Shown here: piece after piece, positions 1-7,745 of the stretch | Layout of the letters: every line of letters begins with the position of its first letter | How positions within the stretch are numbered: position 1 is the first letter of the stretch | IMG/VR virus record: IMGVR_UViG_2974595885_000001 | Coordinates: 5,534 to 69,533 of that record | DNA length: 64,000 nucleotides | Strand: one strand, 5' to 3' | Origin: a virus | Position numbers and translations under genes: made by a program | The notes under the pieces: model-generated | Seen by the model: only the letters and a program-made list of their open reading frames with translations | Databases searched by the model: none | Told to the model about the DNA's origin: nothing

Positions 1-60
1 AATCATGGCTACGGTATCGACTTCATCTATGCTGTAGATTTCAAAGGGTCCATCTTCTAA
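1..60 (+). CDS. 3' end of a gene truncated by the window start
   Basis: Frame 1 is open from base 1 (NHGYGIDFIYAVDFKGSIF) to TAA at 58-60, just upstream of the next gene's RBS. Confidence 0.5.
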   Translation, partial: NHGYGIDFIYAVDFKGSIF

Positions 61-91
61 AAGAGGGTGACCAACCAGAAAGGAACGAACT

Positions 92-1069
92 ATGCCCAAT
101 ATCCTCTTCGCCTCCAACAGTGTATCCCACTTTCCGGGATCGCTCATTGGCTCCCCTTCGTGGTCGTGGGATGATTCCCGCGTGCCATACTCGATTCATA
201 CCCTGTCTCTGAACCCTGTTTCTTCTCCGATGTTCAAAGGTTCGGAGACCAATGAAACTTGGGTTCACTTCCGTATGGGTGCAAACTCTTGGTATGTGAA
301 CAACAACGAAAACATCTGTGAGATCACTGATGCTGAAGGTAACAAGCTGATCGGTCTCAGTTACCACAACCGGACCTCTGAGGGTTATCACACCTACCTG
401 ACGGCAGATGGCACACAGTATTCAAGTGTTCGGTACATCCCGATGAGGATCAGCCATGTTCGGACATATGATATCCGGATTCTCCACAACTCCTTGATCG
501 CTCGTGTCGAGGTGTATGTGAATGAGATTCTGATTGATACCATCGAACGCAACATCAACGACCAGATGAATGTACCTCGTTTTCTGGTTCTCGGTGGTGG
601 GTATGGGAACTCAGGTGATATGGATTCCTACTACTCCGAGATCATCGTTGCTGATGGTGATACCCGGAATGCTCGTCTGGACCTCATCCGTCCGGTCGCC
701 ACAGGTGTCTACGGAAACTGGCTCGGTGCTGTTACTACTCTGGCAGATGACGATCCTACAACTGGTATGACCACGGTTCTCCCTGATCAGAAGCAGTCCA
801 CGATCCTCTCTCCCTATGGTGGTGCTCAGAACATCTCCAACATCGTTCAAGTGACCACATCGGTTCGGGGTATCAACTCTCCTGATCAACTGGATCACTT
901 CATCCGGATGTCGGGGGTCGATTACGCCTTCCCAGAGCGGTATGACATTCCGTTCGAGAAAACCTATCAGGTCTCTGATTGGCGTCTGAATCCGGCTACC
1001 TCTCAGCCGTGGGAAGGTTCGGAACTGACCAACATCGAGTTCGGCTTCGAGTCCAAACAGTCATCTTAA
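92..1069 (+). CDS. Putative virion/tail-associated protein with beta-rich lectin-like N-terminal region
   Basis: 325 aa, RBS AAAGGA. C-terminal WRLNPATSQPWEGSELTNIEFGFES resembles the ends of tail-associated proteins of alphaproteobacterial phages. Confidence 0.55.
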   Translation: MPNILFASNSVSHFPGSLIGSPSWSWDDSRVPYSIHTLSLNPVSSPMFKGSETNETWVHFRMGANSWYVNNNENICEITDAEGNKLIGLSYHNRTSEGYHTYLTADGTQYSSVRYIPMRISHVRTYDIRILHNSLIARVEVYVNEILIDTIERNINDQMNVPRFLVLGGGYGNSGDMDSYYSEIIVADGDTRNARLDLIRPVATGVYGNWLGAVTTLADDDPTTGMTTVLPDQKQSTILSPYGGAQNISNIVQVTTSVRGINSPDQLDHFIRMSGVDYAFPERYDIPFEKTYQVSDWRLNPATSQPWEGSELTNIEFGFESKQSS

Positions 1070-1263
1070 TGATATCTCTGGTGGCTCCGCTTACAGTGGA
1101 AGAATCCTAGCAGGGCCACCAGAATCCACCACTTCCTGAAAACCAAATATGAACAGATGCTCTGGGGTTTCGTCCCCGGCCATATTTTCTGCTGCCACAT
1201 GGTACTTTGGCCACTATCCAGCCCATCAAAGTCCCAACCGAGCATCTCTAGTAAATCAAGCAT
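1066..1263 (-). CDS. Hypothetical small protein
   Basis: 65 aa, purine-rich RBS-like GAGAGGG upstream on the minus strand. Its stop overlaps the convergent gene's stop (TTAA 1066-1069). Confidence 0.35.
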   Translation of the reverse strand: MLDLLEMLGWDFDGLDSGQSTMWQQKIWPGTKPQSICSYLVFRKWWILVALLGFFHCKRSHQRYH

Positions 1264-1319
1264 GGACAGACCCTCTCTTTTTTGGTTGGTTTTCCCTACC
1301 CATCTTCTAGGAGAGTATT

Positions 1320-1661
1320 ATGACAGAAGAAACAAAAGTCTACATCGCAGGACCGATGTCAGGCATCCCTGAGTACAATCGACCGGCTTTCATGGCTGCG
1401 AAACAGATGTTCCTCGACCGGGGCTTCCCAGTTGACTGCATCTTCAACCCCATCGAATCCGAGATGTCAGAGATGACTCAGAAAGGGATGTTCCGGGATA
1501 CCCAAGAAGCATACCGACACTGCCTTGCCATGGATCTTGAATGGATCTGTAAAGAGGCCACCCTCATGTACTTCCTTGAGGGTTGGGAACGTTCTCCCGG
1601 TGCTCGGTCTGAACATGCCACAGCAGTGGCTATCGGGATCCCCATCGAATACCAATCATAG
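1320..1661 (+). CDS. DUF4406 family protein (nucleoside deoxyribosyltransferase-like fold)
   Basis: YIAGPMSG...NRPAF...FNP...DLEWI...LEGWERSPGARSEHATA motif pattern, RBS AGGAG. Confidence 0.8.
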   Translation: MTEETKVYIAGPMSGIPEYNRPAFMAAKQMFLDRGFPVDCIFNPIESEMSEMTQKGMFRDTQEAYRHCLAMDLEWICKEATLMYFLEGWERSPGARSEHATAVAIGIPIEYQS

Positions 1662-2152
1662 ACGCAACCTTTTTGGCTTGCTTTTGGGAGATGCAATCAT
1701 AATCGGTTGCATCTCCTTTTTCTTTTGTGGTTTCTAAGCCACTGTGCATCAGTAAACACTCTCTGTGCAAAAATGCAGATCTTGACAGGATGTGCCGATT
1801 TGCTATCTCCGTAGCAGGCCGCTGACGGCCAAGGGGGCAAGCCAGGGTGAAATGTGTTCCCACTATAGGTAACCTCTTCCGGCCCAAACTGCCCCTAGCC
1901 CTTAGAGAAACACTCAACTGTTTCTGTAAAATGTGGGTATCTATTCTCCCCGGATTTCCGACGAACAAGCCTCGGCTTGTGAGGAGGAGACGAGCCATCC
2001 CTGACGGGATGTCTATCCTTCGGATACTCCCCGGAATCTCGACGAATGAGGGAAATACTGACGACGAAGATTACGGAGGCGAAGCCGTAGTAATCTGAGG
2101 AGGAGGCATTTACCCATGAGGAGAGTAACCCCCTCAACAAAGGATCAAATCA

Positions 2153-2398
2153 ATGAGTACCATCGAAGTACCTTATGAAACCTACAGGATGCTCCAAGAG
2201 CATTTCCGAATCTTGAACCAAGTACAGAAAACCCATGAAGGTCTTGCTGACTATGAAGAACTCATCGAACCATGGACACCTTCTGATTGGAACCAAGAAG
2301 AACAAATATCCTGCCCCGAGCTAACTGTGGGTTTCCTGAAGGATGCTGAAAAACTCAGGAAAAGGATGAAGATAGACCTGCCTCAAAATAATGACTAA
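2153..2398 (+). CDS. Hypothetical protein
   Basis: 81 aa, RBS AAAGGA, phage-like codon usage. Confidence 0.65.
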   Translation: MSTIEVPYETYRMLQEHFRILNQVQKTHEGLADYEELIEPWTPSDWNQEEQISCPELTVGFLKDAEKLRKRMKIDLPQNND

Positions 2399-2599
2399 AG
2401 TTCTCACTTTGTTCTCCTTTAGGAGAAATCTCAATTTTTCAAATTTTCATTATGGATTTTGTGAATACTGTAGATGGGGGTAGGTCTTTTGTGTGGTGTT
2501 GTTACACACTCAACCCACCCCCCCGGTCTTCTATCTGACACACATCATAGCCCCCCCATATTTTACACAACCTACTACACCCTACGTTTACACACATTA

Positions 2600-2619
2600 T
2601 TCGCTTCGCTCCTGTTAGG
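2600..2619 (+). promoter_or_regulatory. Putative vRNAP early hairpin promoter 1
   Basis: TCGCTTCGCTCCTGTTAGG. The template strand carries GC-GAA-GC, and the site lies about 35 nt upstream of the first early gene. Confidence 0.65.
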
Positions 2620-2650
2620 TATCATCGCATCAACCCATAGGAGTCTACTC

Positions 2651-2905
2651 ATGCGTGCAATGTATCAAGCTGCTTCGGATGCTGTCGTATCTGTCTTCGA
2701 CACTGTGACCTCAACTGCAACTGCTGCAGAAAAAGTCCTTGGTGACGCAAACCACTATGTCACTGAAAACAGTAAGGCAAATCGTCTGACAATCACCAAC
2801 AACGCTAAAATGAGAGCTACTAAATCTCTCGCTGCTCACCGCAAAGAACTGAACGAAGACGAGGAACTCTCCCAACTCTTCGATGAGATCTCAGCGGAAT
2901 GGTAA
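2651..2905 (+). CDS. Early hypothetical protein
   Basis: ATG at 2651 after TAGGAG, in frame with track ORF 2474-2905, 84 aa. Confidence 0.75.
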   Translation: MRAMYQAASDAVVSVFDTVTSTATAAEKVLGDANHYVTENSKANRLTITNNAKMRATKSLAAHRKELNEDEELSQLFDEISAEW

Positions 2906-2911
2906 CAACCT

Positions 2912-2943
2912 GAACTCTACCCAAACACCACTGGGTAGGGTTC
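2912..2943 (+). terminator. Stem-loop after the first early gene
   Basis: GAACTCTACCCA / TGGGTAGGGTTC arms with an 8-nt loop and no U-tract. Confidence 0.4.
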
Positions 2944-2969
2944 ACACCCTTAATCAGAAAGACTGACCT

Positions 2970-3182
2970 ATGCGTAAGATCGCAGGAATTACCATCCTTT
3001 TCATCCTCTTCATCACAACAATCGTGGAGCTACTCATCATGTCCATCATCATGATCTGGAACATCTTCATCATCGGATCTGTCATGGCCATCATCGGTGG
3101 CTACAAGCTCGCTATGAGCTTCGTACCAGAGTCCAAATTCAACCAACGACTGAACCAACTCAAGGAACAGAACAATGGCTAA
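2970..3182 (+). CDS. Early small membrane protein
   Basis: 70 aa with a long hydrophobic segment. Confidence 0.7.
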   Translation: MRKIAGITILFILFITTIVELLIMSIIMIWNIFIIGSVMAIIGGYKLAMSFVPESKFNQRLNQLKEQNNG

Positions 3183-3378
3183 GACCGAACATATCTTCAT
3201 CACAGAAGGAAGAACTCTCCAAGGTGAGAGCTTCGAATTCTATACTCACGGACAAGAACTCCAACTCTACTGGGACGATGGAGAAATGTCTGTCAAAGAA
3301 CTTCAACCTTGGGAAGATCCCAAGCTGGAGGCTGAACTGTGGTCCAAGGAAATCATGGCTGCAGTTCACTTAAACTAG
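3175..3378 (+). CDS. Early hypothetical protein
   Basis: 67 aa, RBS AAGGA, overlaps the upstream stop. Confidence 0.7.
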   Translation: MAKTEHIFITEGRTLQGESFEFYTHGQELQLYWDDGEMSVKELQPWEDPKLEAELWSKEIMAAVHLN

Positions 3379-3387
3379 CGTAGCTAC

Positions 3388-3406
3388 GTCGCTTCGCTCC
3401 TTTTGG
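3388..3406 (+). promoter_or_regulatory. Putative vRNAP early hairpin promoter 2
   Basis: GTCGCTTCGCTCCTTTTGG, close to N4 P2 as I recall it (GCTCCGCTTCTTTTGG). G3405 is exactly 11 nt from the loop centre. Confidence 0.75.
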
Positions 3407-3445
3407 CAATCATGCCGTAACGCTATGAAAACTGGAGAAAACATC

Positions 3446-3853
3446 ATGGCTTTCCAACTCAACAACCGTTCGAAAACAACTCAAAACTCTGCTCGTCGCA
3501 ATGAGCGTGAACCGTCGGAATTCGATGGCATCTGGCTGAATGTCGGTGTCGAAATCGAGATCGATGGTGAGATCCACTTCGCTCGTCTGAACAAGGGTAT
3601 CGCTCTTGCAGATCTCGAAGTTGCCAAGATCTCTCCTCGCACTGTCGAGAGCAATCCTTCCTACGCTGCACAACTGTCTGAGGCCAACAAGGTCGTCAAG
3701 GCTCTGCAGAAAGGTGGCCTGCAACTCGACCATGGCGATGCTGCTCCGCTGAAGCTGGCAGTTCAGATGTATCGTACAGAAGAAGCGTCTCAGAACATGC
3801 CTGAGATCACAGATTCGGATGTGGATGCGACCGCTGCAAACATCTTCGGCTAA
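3446..3853 (+). CDS. N4 gp2-like ssDNA-binding activator of RNAPII
   Basis: WLNVG, FARLNKGIAL, LDHGD and LAVQMYR align by eye with N4 gp2 as recalled (WINIG, FISLPTGIPL, LEPGE, LQVQLRR). Early position, RBS GGAG. Confidence 0.65.
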   Translation: MAFQLNNRSKTTQNSARRNEREPSEFDGIWLNVGVEIEIDGEIHFARLNKGIALADLEVAKISPRTVESNPSYAAQLSEANKVVKALQKGGLQLDHGDAAPLKLAVQMYRTEEASQNMPEITDSDVDATAANIFG

Positions 3854-3863
3854 CTCCAACCTT

Positions 3864-3891
3864 CCCTACTCTGAGGCAACTCAGGGTAGGG
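3864..3891 (+). terminator. Stem-loop after the gp2-like gene
   Basis: CCCTACTCTGAG-GCAA-CTCAGGGTAGGG, 12-bp stem with a GNRA loop. Confidence 0.6.
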
Positions 3892-3969
3892 ATAAAAGTT
3901 CAGCAGATAGACCTCTGTGATCGTGTGACAAAAATACATCAGACTGAAACCTGACTGTTGCTATTTTGC

Positions 3970-3987
3970 CTCGCTTCGCTCGTTTCG
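3970..3987 (+). promoter_or_regulatory. Putative vRNAP early hairpin promoter 3
   Basis: CTCGCTTCGCTCGTTTCG. G3987 is 11 nt from the loop centre, upstream of the 4062 gene and RNAP1. Confidence 0.6.
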
Positions 3988-4061
3988 CACTGTTGAACTG
4001 GCTGAAACCTAAAGTTCAACTTCACCCCTCAAAATGACTAAACCTTACTGGAGTGTAACTC

Positions 4062-4400
4062 ATGAAAAATACTACCAAAAAACCCACAAAAACTATGGTG
4101 GAAACTATCCGTGAAACCATGCCTACGATTCTTCGGGTTGCTCTCCTGATTGCCTATGACAACGGGATGGTGAACCGTAACGAGTCAGAAGATGACTTCG
4201 TGGGAACCACTGCATCCATCCTTGGGGAAGTACCATTGATCGAACTGATCAAGCTCGAAGCCTTCCTCAAAACCCTAAACCCAATTCAACTGAACATCAT
4301 CGCTGCAGGAGAAGACACAGAGTCAAAAGCTCTGCTGGCTGATGCTCCAAACCCTGAGTTTGCAGATACTCTGTTCAACCGTATCTTCGAAGGAGAATAA
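4062..4400 (+). CDS. Early hypothetical protein
   Basis: 112 aa, RBS GGAG. Confidence 0.7.
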   Translation: MKNTTKKPTKTMVETIRETMPTILRVALLIAYDNGMVNRNESEDDFVGTTASILGEVPLIELIKLEAFLKTLNPIQLNIIAAGEDTESKALLADAPNPEFADTLFNRIFEGE

Positions 4401-4405
4401 GAACC

Positions 4406-5197
4406 ATGACCTCTACCAACACCAACCTGAACGAGACCCAAGCCAATCTCGAAGAACTCTTTGGCCGTCACCAACTGATGCCTACTCTTCGTGAGCAGTT
4501 TGGTCCTCTGTCTGATGATCCATTCCAAGTGGATGTGATTGCTCAGATCTATCTGCACAAACAAGCAGATGTTCCTACGATGGTAGGTCTGTTCTCTCCC
4601 AAATGGGGAACTCCACAAGAAGTCGCTCAGATGCTGTTCGAAGCTGTGGAAGATGACCTGCTGGACTTCGACATGGATACACGTCGGTTCTATCTCAAAT
4701 ATGAACTGACTCGTGATGTCGAAGACCTTCTGGATCGTTACCAGTTCCCTCTGCCTATGATCGTTGAACCACGGAAAGTGGTGAATAACCGTATGGGTAG
4801 TGGATACCTGACAGAACGTTCCAGCATTGTCCTCAACGGCTCTGATATCTTCGATGGAGAAGATGTCTGCCTTGACCACATCAACCGGGCAAACTCAGTC
4901 GCTCTCAAACTGAATCTCGATGTCATTACCTCACCACAAGGCAAATACATGAAGCCTGTGCGTAAGGATGGTGAAACATGGGAGGATTACCGAAAGCGGG
5001 TGAAGCAAGCAGACAAATTCCACGAGATCTCCGTTGAGGTGATGGAGGGTCTGCTTGTATTAGGGAATGAGTTCCACCTGACTCACAAATATGATCGTCG
5101 AGGACGGACATACTGCGTGGGATATCATGTGAACTCACAGGGTACAGACTACAACAAGGCTGTGCTCGAACTGTCAAACGAAGAGGTAATCGTATGA
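4406..5197 (+). CDS. N4-like RNA polymerase II subunit 1 (gp15-like)
   Basis: HKYDRRGRTYCVGYHVNSQGTDYNKAVLEL is the T7-type DxRGRxY motif of the N-terminal half-polymerase. Confidence 0.92.
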   Translation: MTSTNTNLNETQANLEELFGRHQLMPTLREQFGPLSDDPFQVDVIAQIYLHKQADVPTMVGLFSPKWGTPQEVAQMLFEAVEDDLLDFDMDTRRFYLKYELTRDVEDLLDRYQFPLPMIVEPRKVVNNRMGSGYLTERSSIVLNGSDIFDGEDVCLDHINRANSVALKLNLDVITSPQGKYMKPVRKDGETWEDYRKRVKQADKFHEISVEVMEGLLVLGNEFHLTHKYDRRGRTYCVGYHVNSQGTDYNKAVLELSNEEVIV

Positions 5198-5919
5198 AAA
5201 GACAGAAAAATCCCCCGAAGAACCAACAAACTGAAACCAAGCCCATGACTGTACGTCGTAAGCCTCGGCTGCGTCAGGTTCAGTTTGAAGCCCAGACCGA
5301 GAATCAGCAAACCTACGCTGACGAGATCTTTGACAATGATGTCGTGTTCGGTCTGGGACCAGCAGGTACAGGGAAAACCTTCGTTGCTCTCACCTGTGCC
5401 TGCAACATGTTCCAAATGAAGCAGATCAAGCAAATCATCATCACGAGACCAAATGTATCCTCGGGTGAGAAGAGCTTGGGATTCTTCAAAGGAACCAAAG
5501 AAGAGAAGATTGAAGAATGGATGCGTCCTGCTCTCAAGATTCTCTATCGTCACTTCGGTAAGGATGCTGTGGACTTCTATCGTGAAGCAGGACAGATCCT
5601 TCTGGAACCTCTCGAAACTATGCGTGGTGAAACCTTCGATGATGCCTTCGTCCTTCTGGATGAGGCACAGAACACCACGTTTGCAGATCTTGAGATGTTC
5701 CTCACTCGTATCGGCCAGAACTCTACGGTCGTTGTGGATGGGGACATTGAACAGACAGATCTTCATGATCGATCCGGACTCAGACATGTGCTGGAGATGG
5801 TTGATGGTGAGTTTCCTGTCATCGAGTTCGATATCGAAGATATCGTTCGATCTGCACTGACGAAGCGATTCGTCAAACTCTTCCGGGCATACAGAAAGGA
5901 TCACAATGTTCCCGCTTAA
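5194..5919 (+). CDS. phoH: PhoH family ATPase
   Basis: GPAGTGKT, ITRP, MRGETF, LDEAQN, GDIEQTD and IVRS motifs. Confidence 0.93.
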   Translation: MKRQKNPPKNQQTETKPMTVRRKPRLRQVQFEAQTENQQTYADEIFDNDVVFGLGPAGTGKTFVALTCACNMFQMKQIKQIIITRPNVSSGEKSLGFFKGTKEEKIEEWMRPALKILYRHFGKDAVDFYREAGQILLEPLETMRGETFDDAFVLLDEAQNTTFADLEMFLTRIGQNSTVVVDGDIEQTDLHDRSGLRHVLEMVDGEFPVIEFDIEDIVRSALTKRFVKLFRAYRKDHNVPA

Positions 5920-6016
5920 CCCTGCAACCTACGATTACTTGGAGAGAATCGGTTATCCGTTCCTCTTCATGTATTTCCGTGTAACCCTCGTCAACTACAA
6001 AGGATCGAAAGAATGA
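5906..6016 (+). CDS. Small hypothetical protein (36 aa, absent from ORF track)
   Basis: RBS AAAGGA, MFPLNPATYDYLERIGYPFLFMYFRVTLVNYKGSKE, ATGA overlap with the next ORF. Confidence 0.55.
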   Translation: MFPLNPATYDYLERIGYPFLFMYFRVTLVNYKGSKE

Positions 6017-6168
6017 TCGTCGAATGTCTGAATACCGAACAGATGGGATACTTCCTTTCTCTGCTCGATCCTGATGTCTGGAAACAGACTGCTCAGGGAC
6101 TCGTCATCGGTACACAGGAAACCCTGTGGACTTGGAACAAAACAACTCAACTATGGTGCTGGAAATGA
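6013..6168 (+). CDS. Small hypothetical protein (51 aa, absent from ORF track)
   Basis: MIVECLNTEQ...TQLWCWK with ATGA overlaps at both ends. Confidence 0.6.
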   Translation: MIVECLNTEQMGYFLSLLDPDVWKQTAQGLVIGTQETLWTWNKTTQLWCWK

Positions 6169-6542
6169 AACTGTTCTTTCAATCACTGATCATGGGCTTC
6201 TCCTTCGGAGGAGTCTATGGACTCTCATCTGAGTGGGGAGGTCCAAAGGATGAACCACTCTTCTGGATGACATTCTTCGTACTTGGTGTCATCGCCTTCG
6301 GACTGGTCAGAGGATATCCTGAACTGGTCACACGAGAGGTGTTGGCCAAGAGAAACCAGTACGATGATGAGGATCATGCCAAACGTGTGAGCCGAATCAA
6401 GATCATCCAAGGCATCTGCAACCGGAACATGGCAACAGCCGAGGGACGGAACAAACTCCCAATCAAGAGTCACGTCGTCGTACCATACGAGGATATGCTC
6501 AGAATCTGGGACAATGCAGACAAGATCACATACAGCGAATAG
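6165..6542 (+). CDS. Membrane protein
   Basis: Two hydrophobic N-terminal segments. Start refined by the ATGA overlap at 6165. Confidence 0.7.
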   Translation: MKLFFQSLIMGFSFGGVYGLSSEWGGPKDEPLFWMTFFVLGVIAFGLVRGYPELVTREVLAKRNQYDDEDHAKRVSRIKIIQGICNRNMATAEGRNKLPIKSHVVVPYEDMLRIWDNADKITYSE

Positions 6543-6553
6543 GAGGACATCTC

Positions 6554-6760
6554 ATGTCTGTGCTGATCACTCTCGGAGACGGAAACGTCTTCGGGATCGA
6601 CGACGATGACGACATGTTCATTGGTCGTGACTCTGAACCATCTTCCCGAATCTTCCTTGGGAAAGCCTCAGTGCAGAACTTCAACCGTCTCAAAGCAAAT
6701 ATGGAACGGTTGCAGATTCACATGCACCATGACCCATCAGAAAGGACTTATCATCCATGA
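6554..6760 (+). CDS. Hypothetical protein
   Basis: 68 aa, RBS AGGAGG. Confidence 0.75.
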   Translation: MSVLITLGDGNVFGIDDDDDMFIGRDSEPSSRIFLGKASVQNFNRLKANMERLQIHMHHDPSERTYHP

Positions 6761-6879
6761 TCTTTTGGAATCGTCAACTTATGGCCTATCATCCGGACTT
6801 TGATCCGATGGTCGCACAACGTTTCGCTCAACAAGTGATGATCTTGGGAGCACAATTCAGAGGAGAAATCCCACAATGA
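6757..6879 (+). CDS. Small hypothetical protein (40 aa, absent from ORF track)
   Basis: RBS AAAGGA, MIFWNRQLMAYHPDFDPMVAQRFAQQVMILGAQFRGEIPQ, ATGA overlaps on both sides. Confidence 0.6.
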   Translation: MIFWNRQLMAYHPDFDPMVAQRFAQQVMILGAQFRGEIPQ

Positions 6880-7070
6880 TCTACTGGCTCATTACCGTTC
6901 TCTGTGTCTCTACCATTCTTGTGGTGGGACAACCTCGTTCGCACTTCGGTGCAGCCATCAACCGTATTGCACTCCTGACCATCATCTTCACGATCATCTG
7001 TGCAATCTCATACTATGCCTTCGGATATTCGATTCCGGACATGGTAAAGGAGACCATTGCCAATGGCTAA
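6876..7070 (+). CDS. Small membrane protein
   Basis: 64 aa, two hydrophobic helices, RBS GAGGAG. Confidence 0.7.
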   Translation: MIYWLITVLCVSTILVVGQPRSHFGAAINRIALLTIIFTIICAISYYAFGYSIPDMVKETIANG

Positions 7071-7311
7071 ATGGGATCTCAGCAAGCTGCAGTCTGAAAA
7101 TGACAAGAAAGGCAGCAACTCGATCTATGATCTCCGACACCACGGAGATGAAGTCATCGTTGGAACTGATGGTAACAAGATCAAGATCGCATTGAAGACT
7201 CAGACTGGTAAGGATGAATTCCGTTCCACTCTTCTGACCTTCGATACTCAAACCCAAATGGAGCGTCTGCTCCCTTCAATCATGAAAGGTCTGTCCTATG
7301 CTAACCGGTGA
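7063..7311 (+). CDS. Hypothetical protein
   Basis: RBS AAGGAG upstream of ATG 7063. Confidence 0.7.
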   Translation: MAKWDLSKLQSENDKKGSNSIYDLRHHGDEVIVGTDGNKIKIALKTQTGKDEFRSTLLTFDTQTQMERLLPSIMKGLSYANR

Positions 7312-7540
7312 AGACATCGACCGTATGCGTGAGGAGGCTGCAAGCCAACCTACGAAACTGGTCGTCATTGACACCCAACAGTTCTTTGAGATCGAGATTC
7401 CTGCTGATGTGGATCCAGAGTTCTTCGTGAACTCAGAGACATGTCGGAAAGAATGTGCTGAACGCATTCTGAATCAAACCACAGATCTCAATGTGGACCG
7501 AGTATTGACCACCCAGAAACCCGATGGGAGTTGGGAATAG
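7298..7540 (+). CDS. Hypothetical protein
   Basis: 80 aa, within the tightly packed operon. Confidence 0.7.
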   Translation: MLTGEDIDRMREEAASQPTKLVVIDTQQFFEIEIPADVDPEFFVNSETCRKECAERILNQTTDLNVDRVLTTQKPDGSWE

Positions 7541-7544
7541 GTGT

Positions 7545-7745
7545 ATGCTCAACCGTCAGAACTTCCTCTTCAAACACGAAGCTGAGAAGATCGGGACAAA
7601 ACTCCTCCAAGGAAAATACGCAACGCGAATAGGCGTCGAGAAAGATCTCGATGGCTATTGGCTCAATGTGTGGTGGCGATGCGGAATCATCGCTCCACTC
7701 ACTCTTCAAGAAACTGAACAGCTATTAGGAGAAACAAAATGCTGA
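7545..7745 (+). CDS. Hypothetical protein
   Basis: 66 aa, AGGT RBS, overlaps the RNAP2 start. Confidence 0.6.
   Translation: MLNRQNFLFKHEAEKIGTKLLQGKYATRIGVEKDLDGYWLNVWWRCGIIAPLTLQETEQLLGETKC

Noticed and set aside
1810-1930. Fragments resembling a cobalamin riboswitch (GGTGAAAT...CTGCCCC...AACTGT) or a hammerhead (CTGACG...GAAA)
   Set aside because: Spacing and conserved cores do not fit either model by eye. An Rfam/Infernal search would be needed.
2014-2026. TATCC-TTC-GGATA, a canonical-looking 5-bp C-GAA-G template hairpin, as a fourth vRNAP promoter
   Set aside because: The base at the expected +1 (2031) is C and the pyrimidine/T-rich spacer of the other three sites is missing. It is kept only as part of the structured region.
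2474-2650. N-terminal extension of track ORF 2474-2905
   Set aside because: It runs across the vRNAP promoter and low-complexity terminal sequence. The RBS supports ATG 2651.
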